Assembly: GCA_035221665.1 (NCBI GenBank)
Contig: CM069142.1
Coordinates: forward strand, 7,192,001-7,256,000
Reading direction: 5' to 3'
Source: Okamejei kenojei
Lineage: Eukaryota
Length of the DNA: 64,000 bases
Below the pieces are notes generated by a model. The model was given only the letters and a program-made list of their open reading frames with translations. It did no database searches and was not told the origin of the DNA. Shown in pieces: positions 38,411-52,397 of this stretch (the first letter of the stretch is position 1; each line of letters opens with the position of its first letter). A program made the position numbers and the translations under genes.

Positions 38411-39739
38411 ACTGTTCAGCTTGTCCCACCCCCAGAAGATCGGCTCGAAATGCTGGAGCAACTCAGCGGGACAGGCAGCATCTCTGGAGAGAAGGAACTG
38501 GTGACGTTTTGGGTTGAGACCCTTCCTCATTATCCCACCCCCACCGCTCCTTTCTAGCTTCAGTCAGAAGAGGACCGGAAACGTTGTCTGTCCACTCTCT
38601 CCACAGATGCTGCCTGGCATGCTGAGGTCCTTCAGCAGTGTGGGATTTACTGAATTAACAGTGAGTGCTCGTTGACAATGTAGGGCAGTCTGTGGATTTT
38701 GCACTGAATCTGAACCGAGGTAATATGTGGGGAAAATGAGTCAAACTGATGATTCCAGTCCGCAGAAGAGTCTGCTGTTCTCCTTTCTGCAGGTTCATAG
38801 AAGGAGAGGCCTTGCTTTTTGCGCATTTTTCTCAAGACATTTATTCCCATATTTCACAAAGCAAAACATCAGGCAGCATGGATGTTACATCTGATCACGG
38901 GTGTGAGTGATGGGAAGATTGAAAGACGCTGCACGGAAACAGGCCCTTCAGCCCACCGAGTCCACACCGACCATCGACCACCCGCTCACACTAGTTCCAT
39001 GCTATCCCACTTTCTCGCCCACTCCCTACACACTAGGGGGCAATTTGCAGAGGGCCAATTAACCTACAAACCCGCACGTTTTTCCGATGTGGGAGGAAAC
39101 CGGAGCGCCTGGAGGAAACATTTGCGGTCACGGGGAAAACGTGCAAACTCCACAGAGACAGCACCCGAGGTCAGGATTGAACTCGGGTCTCTGGCGCTGT
39201 GAGGTAGCGGCTCTGCCACTGTGCCTCCCCTCACCTCCTGCTGGTTTTATTCCACAGAGCAGCACCAAATAGTGAGAGCAAAGACAGAGTGGGAAGTTTG
39301 AGATTGATGTCGTTATTGAGCGTTTCAGAGCTCAGGTACAGGGTTCCAAGCTTCAAGAAGCAACACCGTGCTTCACGGAGCTTCACAAACCCTACGCATT
39401 TACTAAAAACAAAGAAGGGCAGGTTAATACACAAAAAGACACAAAGTGCTGGAGTAACTCAGCAGGTCAGGCAGCATCTCTGGAGAACTTGAATCGGTGA
39501 CGTTTCGGGTCGGGACCCTTCTCCATACAGAAGGGGATTGTCCAAATTGCAGCATTAAACCAGTTGCCTGACATAGAATAGATATTTCATGAATAGTTCC
39601 CCAGAAGAATTTGCAGAGTAATATTGAATGAGTCACCAGCTGTAGACAACAAGAGAGGTGCCGGGTTTATAGAAGAACACTGTTTGGAGACTGGACGTTT
39701 CCGAAGCTCTGACTGTGGGGTGGCCTCTGGTGGGTGTGT

Positions 39740-39876
39740 TCACGATTCACGGGCACAGTTCTGTCCGAGCAGCAGGTAGATGGAATGTTCATTCCCATGG
39801 TGCTCCCTCCTGGCCGGCTCCACATTCTCTACACTCTCCACCCTGGACCACTTCACCGATCCCACCACCTTCTTCA
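39740..39876 (-). CDS. Candidate cytoplasmic/terminal exon of the V-C1 receptor (MKKVVGSVKWSRVESVENVEPARREHHGNEHSIYLLLGQNCARES*)
   Basis: Strong acceptor ttttcctctttggtttattgcag|, phase 1, in frame with the TM exon. KK follows the TM; SIYLLL fits the ITIM consensus. Confidence 0.55.
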
Positions 39877-40204
39877 CTGCAATAAACCAAAGAGGAAAAC
39901 TCTAAGCGGAACTCGGCCCAAAAGCTGCAGCGTGTAAGTCATGCTGACTACAGCAAGATGAATGGTTTAAAACCACGTTGGACACATTCAGCCATGGGGC
40001 ACTGAACTGCACTGCCGAAAATAATACTGGTGTCAGGGGTTATGGGGCGAAGGCAGGAGGGAGATATAGATCAGCCATGATAGAATAGCAGAGTTGACCT
40101 GATGGACCGAATGGCCAAAATCTGCTCCTATCACTTATGAACATGAACATAAGTTCATGATTTTCAACTGACTGAAACGTATTCAATAGTGAAAGGCTTG
40201 GATA

Positions 40205-42780
40205 GAGTGGCTGTGGAGTGGATGTTTTGCAAATTTGCAGATGACGCAAAGCTGGGTGGCAGTGTGAACTGTGAGGAGGATGCTATGAGGATGCAGGGTG
40301 ACTTGGACGGGTTGCAGATGCATGGCAGGTGCAGTTTAATGTGGATAAGTGTGAGGTTATCCACTTTGGTGGCAAAAACAGGAAGGCAGATTATTATCTG
40401 AATGGTGTCAAGTTGGGAAAAGGGGAAGTACAACGGGATCTGGGATCCTTGTTCATCAGTCACTGAAGGAAACATGCAGGTACAGCAGGCAGTGAAGAAC
40501 GCGAATAGCATGTTGGACTTCATAACAAGAGGAGTTGAGTATGAGAGGTGCTTCTGCAGGTGTATAGGGCCCTAGTGAGACAACACCCAAAGTATTGTGT
40601 GCAGTTTTGGTCTCCAAATTTGAGGAAGGACATTCTTGCTATTGTAGGTTCACCAGGTTGGCGGGACTGTCATATGTTGATAGAATGGTGCGGCTGGGCT
40701 TGTTTACTCTGGAATTTAGAAGGATGAGAGCGGATCTTGTTGAAACATAAGATTATTAAGGGATTGGACAAGCTAGTGGCAGGAAACATGTTCCCGATGT
40801 TGGGGGAGTCCAGAACCAGGGGCCACAGATAAGTCAGGGTAGGCCATTTAGAACGGAGATGAGGAAAAGCTTTTTCACACAGAGAGTTGCGAATCTGGGG
40901 AATTCTCTGCTTCAGAAGGCAGCGAGGCCAATTCTCTGGATGCTTTCAAGAGAGAGATAGATAAAGATAGGGGATATGGTGAGAAGGCAGGAACGGGGTA
41001 CTGAATGTGGATGATCAGCCATGATCACAGTGAATGGCTCGAAAGCAGTTACCAACTACTTTGGTTCCATCTTCACTAAGGAAGACATAAATAATCTGCC
41101 GGAAATAGCAGGGGACCGCGAGTCAAAGGAGGAATTGAGTGAAATCCAGGTTATTCGGGAAGTGGTGTTGGGTAAATTGAATGGATTAAAGGCCGATAAA
41201 TCCCCAGGGCCAGATAGGCTGCATCCCAGAGTACTTAAGGAAGTAGCTCCGGAAATAGTGGATGCATTAGTGATAATCTTTCAAAACTCTTTAGATTCTG
41301 GAGTAGTTCCTGAGGATTGGCGGGTAGCAAACGTAACCCCTCTTTTTAAGAAGGGAGGGAGAGAGAAAACGGGGAATTACAGACCAGTTAGTCTAACATC
41401 GGTAGTGGGGAAACTGCTAGGGTCAGTTATTAAAGATGGGATAGCAGCACATTTGGAAAGTGGTGAAATTATTGGACAAAGTCAGCATGGATTTACGAAA
41501 GGTAAATCATGTCTGACGAATCTTGTGGAATTTTTCGAGGATGTAACTAGTAGCGTGGATAGGGGAGAAGCAGTGGATGTGGTGTATCTGGATTTCCAGA
41601 AGGCTTTCGACAAGGTCCCACATAAGAGATTAGTATACAAACTTAAAGCATACGGCATTGGGGGTTCAGTATTGATGTGGATAGAGAACTGGCTGGCAAA
41701 CAGGAAGCAAAGAGTAGGAAGGAGTAAACGGGTCCTTTTCACAATGGCAGGCAGTGACTAGTGGGGTACCGCAGGGCTCAGTGCTGGGACCCCAGCTATT
41801 TACAATATATATTAATGATCTGGATGAGGGAATTGAAGGCAATATCTCCAAGTTTGCGGATGACACTAAGCTAGGGGGCAGTGTTAGCTGTGAGGAGGAT
41901 GCTAGGAGACTGCAAGGTGATTTGGATAGGCTGGGTGAGTGGGCAAATGTTTGGCAGATGCAGTATAATGTGGATAAATGTGAGGTTATCCACTTTGGTG
42001 GCAAAAACAGGAAAGCAGACTACTATCTAAATGGTGGCCGATTAGGAAAAGGGGAGATGCAGCGAGGCCTGGGTGTCATGGTACACCAGTCATTGAAAGT
42101 AGGCATGCAGGTGCAGCAGGCAGTGAAGAAAGCGAATGGTATGTTAGCTTTCATAGCAAAAGGATTTGAGTACAGGAGCAGGGAGGTTCTACTTCAGTTG
42201 TATAGGGTCTTGGTGAGGCCACACCTGGAGTATTGCGTACAGTTCTGGTCTCCAAATCTGAGGAAGGACATTATTGCCATAGAGGGAGTGCAGAGAAGGT
42301 TCACCAGACTGATTCCTGGGATGTCAGGACTGTCTTATGAAGAAAGACTGGATACTCAGTTTATACTCTCTAGAATTTAGGAGATTGAGAGGGGATCTTA
42401 TAGAAACTTACAAAATTCTTAAGGGTTGGACAGGCTAGATGCAGGAAGATTGTTCCCGATGTTGGGGAAGTCCAGGACAAGGGGTCACAGCTTAAGGATA
42501 AGGGGGAAATCCTTTAAGACCGAGATGAGAAATACTTTTTTCACACAGAGAGTGGTGAGTCTCTAGAACTCTCTGCCACAGAAGGTAGTTGAGGCCAGTT
42601 CATTGGCTATATTTAAGAGGGAGTTAGATGTGGCCCTTGTGGCTAAGGGGATCAGGGGGTATGGAGAGAAGGCAGGTACGGGATACTGAGTTGGATGATC
42701 AGCCACGAACATATTGAATGGCGGTGCAGGCTCGAAGGGCCGAAAGGCCTACTCCTGCACCTAATTTCTATGTTTCTATG
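40205..42780 (+). mobile_element. Two tandem CR1 LINE pieces (about 40205-41040 degraded; about 41050-42780 better preserved)
   Basis: RT ORFs 41021-41761 and 41754-42380 (KFADDTK), (TTTCTATG)n tail. Confidence 0.92.
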
Positions 42781-43939
42781 GTCTACTCCTGCACCTATTG
42801 TCTATTGTTAATTGTCTATAGTGGGAGAGTCTAGGACCAGAGGTCACAGCCTCAGAATTAAAGGATGTTCTTTTAGGAAGATGATGAGGAGGAATTTCTT
42901 TAGTCAGAGGGTGGTGAATCTGTGGAATTAATCGCCACAGAAGGCTATGGGGCCAAGTCAATGGATATTTTTCAGGCAGAGATAGATAGATTTGTGATTA
43001 GATATGGGGAGAAGGCAAGAGAATGGGGTTAGGAGGGAGAGATTGATCAGCCATGATAGAATGGTGTAGACTTGATGGGCCGAATGGCCTTATTCCCACA
43101 CTGACCCTTTTTGCTCCGATCACTTTGAACTCATGAACCAGCAGCCAACCATCTGAAACACCAAATGCTACAGCAATTTTAAATATATTTTATAAATAAA
43201 CTTCATTCAGAATAAAACATATATACTAAACAAATATCATACAGACACTCCTCACACATTCTCAGTCCCTCAGCAGTGGTAGGAGTTGTAGACACACCAA
43301 CCCTCTGCGTGTGTGAGAGGAACAGCAACGTCCCTGATGTCCTTCTCTCCCCCCAACGCTGGACACCAGGAGTGGCGCCAGGACCTCATTGAACGAGCCC
43401 ACGCCAAGGCAGACACTCACGAGGGAGAGTGAGGTGGAGGAGCCTTCCGTGATCCCAACCTGTGTGTCCCACAGAGTGAACAGAGCCCCAGAACCAGGGC
43501 AGAGGGGCTGAAGTCCAGGGGCAATTCTAGACAGACTGCAGGGCATTCACTGGTGGGATGTAAATGCACCCGGCACTGTTCTCTGATTCCATTGGTATGA
43601 ATGGAACTCGTTGCCACTGAGTCATTGACCAGTGAGCACGGACACAGGCCATTCGGGCCATCTCGTCCATTCCGACCATGTGGCCTTCCTGAGCTGGTCC
43701 CGCTCGCTTGCATTTGGCCCATATCCCTCTAAACCATTCCTATCCCTGTACCTGTCCAAGTGTCTTTCACACATTGAGCTGAACAACTCAACTAAGGATG
43801 TAATGCTGAGGGTACACAAAATGCTGGAGGAACTCAGCGGGTGCAGTAGCATCTATGGAGCGAAGGAGATAGGCAAAGTTTTGGGCCAAAACCCTTTTTC
43901 AGACTTCTTTGGCCCGAAACGGAATTATTACACAACATA

Positions 43940-46900
43940 ATTGAGAAATGCATTGACTTGGAGGGATGTCAAAGGCGTCAGAATTTGTGTATTGTTGGGT
44001 TGAGTGAAGGCCGAGAGGGAGATCAAGACCCTCGAAAATTTGCTGCAAAACTCCTAAAAGATATTCTGAACTTGGACCAAGAACCTCTGCTGGGCCGAGC
44101 ACACAGGGCATTGAGACGTACCCCTAGGAGGGATGCTCCCCCAAGACAGATGATTGTGAAGGTGGCTTACGATCATGTTTTTGAAGATATGATGAAGATA
44201 ATAATACGTAAGAAAAATCTCAAATATGAGGGAGACAACATCAGTATCTTCAGAGATTACCCTGCGGAAGTGGCCAAGAGAAGATCTTTATTTACAGAAA
44301 CAAGAGGTATCCTGAGGAACATAAAGAATCTGAGATATGGCCTGATGTACCCGGCAACATTAAGAGTAACTTATGATAACAAGGAGCACCACTTCACCAA
44401 ACATACAGAAGCTCTTGAATTCGCTCGAAATATTCAGAAGAAACTGGAAGAGGAAGAAGTAGAGGAAGAAGCAGATGAAGATGAAGGACACTGAATATTA
44501 TTGATCACTTACCTGATGATACTGCCCACCCACAGAAAAGGAGGAGGATTCACAATGAAGGAGGATCCGCAGGGAAGGAGGAGGAACAATGGACATGGAC
44601 TTTATCTTGGGGTTAAGGAGGGATGGATGGATTATTAATAAATATAGTTTTGTATTACCTACCCCTTAAAAATGTACGTTAGCTCTCCTAATATAGTGCT
44701 ATGATACTAATTATATTTGATATTAGTAGTATTATTAATTAATTATTAAGTATATAAATTTAATACCCCACCCTGACATATATAGCCCTTAAGGCAAAAA
44801 CGGAGCTGGAATTATTAACATCTTTTTTTTTCACGGAAGTCCGTAGATTAATAGCTTACACTAATACTAACTACACTAATTATAGTTGTAGTCACTTTTT
44901 TTCCCCTTACACTTTACTAACATCACTTACTTTACTCACATTTTTTATTATTACTTTTATATTATGTATTTTATTTCATATTATATATTATATGGATTTA
45001 AGTATGATTGTTATTATATAGTTAGTTCAAAGAGACGTGTGTATAAGACAATGATACAGAAATTAAATTTAATTGATCTGATGTTTGGGTATAGGATTGG
45101 GTTAGATGAGCTGAGACATCTACTCCATTATAAACCACCTTAATAATAACATGTATGACTTAAATACTAGGATTGGGGGTGATGGAATCACCTTCTGTAG
45201 TTGGAATGTTAAGGCAATTAACGAACCAATTAAAAGAGGTAAGGTTTTAGCTCAATTAAATCTGATATTATTTTTCTCCAAGAGACACACCTTAAAAAAG
45301 ACGCGCAGCATAGATTAACAGCAAAATGGATTTACAAAGTATATCACTCTTCATTTACACAAAAGTCTAGAGGGGTAGCAATAATTATTCGTAAAGGTAT
45401 GCCTTTTAAACAAAGCTCAATAATAGAAGATGTTGAGGGTAGATATATAATAATTACAGGTGAATTACATTCTAAAAAAGTAATCCTTATGAATATATAT
45501 GGTCCTAATTTTGATAACCCATTATTCTTCAAGAAAATATTTAACATTATCCCTATATCCACTCAACATAATCTAATAATTGGAGGTGATTTTAATTGTA
45601 CCTTAGATAATTATTTAGATAGATCATCAATGAAAAGGAAAACCACTTCTAAGTCAAGTACATTTATAAATTATTTTATTAACACAGCAAATGTGAAGGA
45701 TATCTGGAGAACAGATAACCCATCTGGTCGAGAATATTCATTTTTCTCCCCCTGTATTTGGAACCTATTCAAGGATAGACTATTTTTTAATAGATTCAAA
45801 ACTAATCCCATTTACGTATGACTCAAAATATCATAATATTATTATCTCGGATCGTGCTCCATTAACATTTAAGATAAAATGAAAAGACATAACTATTAAA
45901 ACCTCTACCTGGAGACTCAACCCCCAAATATTAAATGATAAGGCTTGTTATGATTACTTGGTAAAACAGATTAAACTCTTTTTTGAAACTAATGATAAAC
46001 CTGGAATCTCACCATCACTGCTTTGGGATACATTTAAAGCATTTATGCGTGGTGCGATAATATCAGCACACGCATACTTTAATAAGGAAAATCGAAAGAC
46101 TCAACAAAAGTTGGAAAATGAAACAAAACAATAAGATATTGAAAATGCAATATCCCCTTCAAAGGGGCTAAGTAATAAAATTGCATCATTAAAATATAAG
46201 CTAAATAAAATATATTCAAATCAGATTATTAAACCTTTTCAACAGACTAAACAAGTACACTTTGAATTTGGGGATAAACCACAATAATTACTGGCACGCC
46301 AGCTTAGAAAATTAGATGAGGAGAAAATGATACATAAAATTAGATCTGAACAAGGAGAAATATTGACTTTACCAAAAGATATCATTGATACATTTTTACA
46401 ATATTATCAAAATCTTTACTCATCTAAACTAGCAGGACAACCAGATGGAATGGAAACATTCCTACAAGAATGTCATATTAATAGTTTGGATCAGGAAGGT
46501 AGAGACTTGTTAAATGCTGATATATCAGTAAAAGATATTGAAGAATCAATTGGATCATTAAATAACGGAAAAGCCGCAGGCCCTGATGGCTTAAGTGTTA
46601 AATTTTATAAGAAGTTTTATGATCTGATCTCTCCACGTTTACATATAATATATAAATATGCTTATGAACAAGGAAAGTTACCAGAATCATAAAATTAATC
46701 TACAATTACACTTATCCCTAAAGCTGATAAAGATTTGGAAGACCCTGGGTCATACAGAGCAATAGCTCTTTTAAACACTGATCAAAAAATACTAACTAAA
46801 ATTTTATCTCGGAGGCTAAGTTTAGTGATTAATAATTTAATACATCATGACCAAACAGGTTTCATCCCAAAACGCTACTCATCTTATAATCTGAGACGTC

Positions 46901-49900
46901 TATTCAATATCATATACTCAAAAAAAGTGAATGATATTGAACTAGCTATCATATCCTTAGATGCTGAAAAAGCATTTGACCAGGTTGAATGGCCATATTT
47001 ATTTAAAATAGTGCAGAAATTTCAACTGGGGGATAGATTTTCCAAATGGGTAAAAATCATATACTCGAATCCAACTGCAAGAATATTAACAAATCAAATG
47101 CTATCAGCAAAATTTAATCTCTTTAGGGGTTGTAGACAAGGATGCCCGTTATCACCATTACTATTTGCTCTGGTAATAGAACCATTAGCCGAAATGATTA
47201 GATCAGAACCAGAAATATATGGATATAATACCAAAACTACAACAAATAAAATATCTCTATACGCAGATAACATCTTAATTTAATCACAAAACCGGAGATT
47301 AGTATTCCTAATCTACTTAATGTTTTAACTAAGTTTGGCACATTTTCTGGGTATAGAATTAACTGGAATAAAAGTGAAATTATGCCTATAACTGGAATAA
47401 AATTAAATATACTAGAACAATTCCCACTTAAAATAGTCACGGACAAATTTAAATATCTAGGAATTAATGTATCTATATCCCATAACTGTCTATTTAAATA
47501 TAATTATCCTCAATTGTTAAATAAACTAAAAAAATATATTTTATATTGGAAAACTCTACCTATTTCATTGATCGGTAGAATAAATGCTATAAAAATGATT
47601 TTTTTGCCACAACTGTTATGTTTATTTCAAGCCATCCCTTTATATCTCCCTAAAATGTTAAAAAAAAAAAGATACTTTGGTTAATAGTTTTATTTGGGAC
47701 TATAAAAATCATCGAATAAGTAAAAAACATCTATGTAAATCTAAAATAAATGGTGGACTAGCACAACCAAATTTCTTATATTATTTCTGGGCAGTTCAGA
47801 TTAAAAATATTAATTTTTGGCTGGTAAATTTATATTATGAGCCAAATTGGCTAAAGATGAAAAAGGAAGACTGTTTGCCTTTTGATGTAGGTTCGATTCT
47901 TTTTGCACCAAGGGAAGTACAAAAAAAAAGTATGGTGATAACCCTATAATGTATAATGATAACCCTATATGTGTCCAAAAGATTCTGATAAGGGAGGGCG
48001 AGGAGCCTGATGTTGTGGTACACATAGGTACCAATGACATAGGCAAAAAAAGTGACGAGGTCCTGAAGGGAGAATTTAGGGAGTTGGGGGGGAAAGTTAA
48101 GGAGAAGGACCAAAAGGGTAACGATTTCAGGATTACTGCCTGTGCCGCGTGACAGTGATAGTAGGAATGAAATGAGGTGGAGGATAAATGCGTGGCTGAG
48201 GGACTGGTGCAATGGGCAGGGATTCAAGTTTCTTGATCACTGGGACCTCTTTTGGGGAAGGCATGATCTGTACACAAAGGACGGGTTGCACTTGAACCCG
48301 AGGGGGACCAATATCCTGGCAGGGAGATTTGCAAAGGCTACTGGGGAGACTTTAAACTAGAAAGGCTTGGGGGAGGGACTCGGGTAGAGGGGGCTAGGGG
48401 TCAGGGTGTGGGGCAAGAGGCAGAGAAGGGAAGCACTCGGATCCAAAATGTAGGCGAGAAAGATGAAAAAGATAATAGACAGAGAATAAGGGATGGTGGG
48501 TTTCTAAAATGTGTATATTTTAATGCTAGGAGCATTGTAAGTAAGTTAGATGAACTTAGAGCCTGGATTGACACCTGGAAATATGATGTTGTGGCAATCA
48601 GTGAAACATGGTTGCAGGAGGGCTGTGATTGGAAACTAAATATTCCAGGATTTCGTTGCTTCAGGTGTGATAGAATTGGAGGGACCAGAGGGGGGGGGGG
48701 GGGGGGGGGTGTTGCATTGCTTGTCAGAGAAGATATTACAGCAGCAGTGCTTTGGCAGGATAGATTAGAGGGCTCATCTAGGGAGGCTATTTGGGTGGAA
48801 CTGAGAAGTGGGAACGGTGTAGCAACACTTTTAGGGGTGTATTATAGACCGCCAAATGGGAGCGAGAATTGGAAGAGCAAATATGTAAGGAGATAGCAGA
48901 GTAAGCACAAGGTAGTGATTGTGGGAGATTTCAATTTTCCAAAAATAGGCTGGGAAACACATTCTGTAAATGGGCTGGATGGTTTGGAGTTTGTAAAATA
49001 AAATGTGTGCAGGATAGTTTTTTGCAGCAGTACATAGAGGTATCGACCAGAGAAAGGCAGTGCTGGACCTCCTGTTAGGAAATAGGCAGGGCAGTGTGAC
49101 GGAGGTATGCCAGGGACCAGTGATCACAATACCATTAGTTTCAATATAATTATGGAGAGAGTCAGAACTGGACCATTAATTATGGAGAGAGTCAGAACTG
49201 GACCTAGGGTGGAGATTTTTGATTGGAGAAAAGGCTAACTTTTGTTTTTGGGACATGGGAAGGATGTAGAGAAATGGAGGACATTTAAAGGGGAAATTGT
49301 AAGAGTACAGAATCTTTATGTCCCTGTTAGGTTGAAAGGAAATAGTAAAAATTGGAAAGAGCCATGGTTTTCAAGGGAAATTGGACACTTGTTTCGAAAA
49401 AAGAGAGATATCTACAAAAGTGGATGTCTCCAGGTCCTGACAGGATATTCCCTAGGACATTGAGGGAAGTTAGTGTAGAAATAGCAGGAGCTATGACAGA
49501 AATATTTCAAATGTCATTAGAAACGGGAATAGTGCCGGAGGATTGGCGTACTGCGCATGTTGTTCCATTGTTTAAAAAGGGGTCAAAGAATAAACCTAGC
49601 AATTATAGACCTATTAGTTTGACGTCAGTGGTGGGCAAATTAATGGAAAGGATACTTAGAGATAATATATATATAAGCATCTGGATAAACAGGGTCTGAT
49701 CAGGAACAGTCAACATGGATTTGTGCCTGGAAGGTCATGTTTGACAAACCTTCTTGAATTTTTTGAAGCGGTAACTAGGGAAATTGATGAGGGTAAAGCA
49801 GTGGATGTTGTCTATATGGATTTCAGTAAGGCCTTTGACAAGGTTCCCCATGGAAGGTTGGTTAAGAAGGTTCAATCTTTGGGTGTTAATGGCGGAGTAG

Positions 49901-52397
49901 CAAGATGGATTCAACAGTGGCTGAATGGGAGATGTCAGAGAGTAATGGTGGATGGCTGTTTGTCAGGTTGGAAGCCGGTGACCAGTGGGGTGCCTCAGGG
50001 ATCTGTGTTGGGTCCACTGTTGTTTGTCATGTACATCAATGATCTGGATGATGGGGTGGAAAATTGGATAAGTAAGTATGCAGATGATACTAAGATAGGT
50101 GGTGTTGTGGATAATGAAGTAGATTTCAAAGTCTACAGAGAGATTTGGGCCATTTGGAAAAGTGGGCTGAAAGATGGCAGATGGAGTTTAATGCTGTTAA
50201 GTGTGAAGTGCTACATCTTGGCAGGACAAATCAAAATAGGACGTACATGGTAAATGGTAGGGAATTGAGGAATGCTGTGGAACAGAGGGATCTAGGAATA
50301 ACTGTGCATAGTTCCCTGAAGGTGGAATTGCATGTAGATAGGGTGGTAAAGAAAGCCTTTGGTGTGCTGGCCTTTATAAATCAGAGCATTGAATATAGGA
50401 GTAGGGAAGTAATGTTAAAATTGTACAAGGCATTGGTAAGACCAATTCTGGAGTAATGTGTACAATTTTGGTCGCCTAGTTATAGGAAGGATGTCAACAA
50501 AATAGAGAGAGTACAGAGGAGATTTACTAGAATGTTGCCAGGGTTCCAGCAACTATGTTACAGAGAAAGGTTGAACAAGTTAGGTCGTTATTCTTTGGAG
50601 CGCAGAAGGTTAAGGGGGACTTGATTGAGGTCTTTAAAATGATGAAAGGGATAGACAGAGTTGACGTGGATACGTTTTTCCCATTGAGGGTAGGGAAGAT
50701 TCAAACAAGAGGGCATGACATGAGAATTAAGGGACAGAAGTTTAGGGGTAACGTGAGGGGGAACTTCTTTACTCAGAGGGTGGTGGCTGTGTGGAATGAG
50801 CTTCCAGCAGAAGTGGTGGAGGCAGGATCGATTTTAACATTTAAGAGTAAAGTGGTAGGTATATGGACGTGAAGGGAATGGAGGGGTATGGTCTGAGTGC
50901 AGGTAGATGGGACTAGGGGAAAACTAATGGTCGGCACGGACTGGAAGGGCCGAGAGGGCCTGTTTCCGTGCTGTAATTGTTATATGGTTATATGGTTATA
51001 TGGTTATAATTCATAGCAATAGACGTATTTGGAAACAAATAGTTAAGACCCTACATATGGATAATTTGTCACTTTGTTTGCCAATTATGAATAATCCCTT
51101 GTTTAGGCCCTCTGTTTTGGACAAAGGGTTTAGACACTGGAATGATTTAGGAATTAAAAGGATAGAACGCCTTTACAAGAAAGGAAAATTTCTTTCATTT
51201 CAAGAGTTACAGGATATCTATGGATTGCAGTCAAATAACATATTTAGGTATTCACAAATTAGAAACTATATTAAGTCAAATACGCAAGACTATAAAAATA
51301 GAAAACCAGGATTATTAGATGAGTTGTTTAATAAACACCCAAATACAGAAAAATTAATAGCGTATATATACAATACTATCTTGGATAGGGAAATCCCAAC
51401 CGGAAATATATCGACAAACATGGGAAATTAAATAGGTTTATTTATAACGAAGGAAACTTGGGAAGAAAGCCTACAACGTATACACGTTGCTCATTAAATG
51501 CTAGACATATATTGATACAATTTAAGGTATTACACAGATTACATTATTCAAAAACGAAATTAAATAGAATATATCCTAACATTTCTTCTATTTGTAATAA
51601 ATGTCAGAACTTGGAAGCTAACTTAACGCATAGTTTTGTAACATGTATAAAACTCAACTATTATTGGACAGAAATCTTTAGAGTTATCTCTGAAGTTCTT
51701 AAAATTAAACTGGACCCAGATCCAAAATTAATAATATTAGGAGTTCCGGATTTAAATCTAATATTAACAGTAAACCAAAGAAATTTCTTGGATTACTGTT
51801 TGATAATAGGGAAAAAATTGACATTGAAATTTTGGAAGGGAACATTATCCCCCACAATTAAAATGTGGACAGTAGAAATGTTGGAGACATTGCATTTGGA
51901 AAGAATCAGATTTGTCCTAATGGACAAATACGAACTCTTTGAACAGATATGGTCTCCATATACAGAATATTTGAAGGGGTAGCTGTTCTTGGCATCACAA
52001 CTCAATGGGTACCCGGCAGGATTAGATGAAAATAATTCTTTTTTTTTTGGATTTGTATGCATGTCTCTATTGATATTGTTATTTGAAATTGTGTCATTCA
52101 CTATTAAGATGAATAATATATACTATAATCTTTTTTGTTTCTTTTTTCTTTTTTTTTCTCCTCTTTCTCTCCCTATATAATCAAAATTATTATTTAATCA
52201 CCATTCTTATTGATTAAAATCTATTCTTTTCTTTCTAAAAAATACTTTCTACTTTCTACTTTCTAAAAAATAGAAGTTTATAAGAATTATTTGTAACATC
52301 CGTATACTTATTGAAATAAGTTGGTTATGTATTTGAAAAGTTGTTATACCGTTGTTATGATGGATTACATCTAATAAAAATATTATTAAAAAAAAAG
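43940..52397 (+). mobile_element. Near full-length degenerate L1-clade LINE, interrupted by CR1
   Basis: ORF1 43958-44494 (RRQNLCIVGL..., RRM/CTD-like). ORF2 remnants include SWNV, GGDFN, GCRQGCPLSPLLF, LYADN and a C-terminal CxxC...H. Poly(A) at about 52388-52397. Confidence 0.92.
47951..51004 (+). mobile_element. CR1 LINE nested in L1 ORF2 (SGNH-esterase ORF1 part plus ORF2)
   Basis: VVHIGTND and DGLHLN esterase motifs, EN/RT motifs, (TTATATGG)n tail. tataat at both junctions. Confidence 0.9.

Noticed and set aside
43958-44494. Domesticated L1TD1-like gene
   Set aside because: It is ORF1 of an L1 element, followed by a degenerate ORF2 and poly(A).
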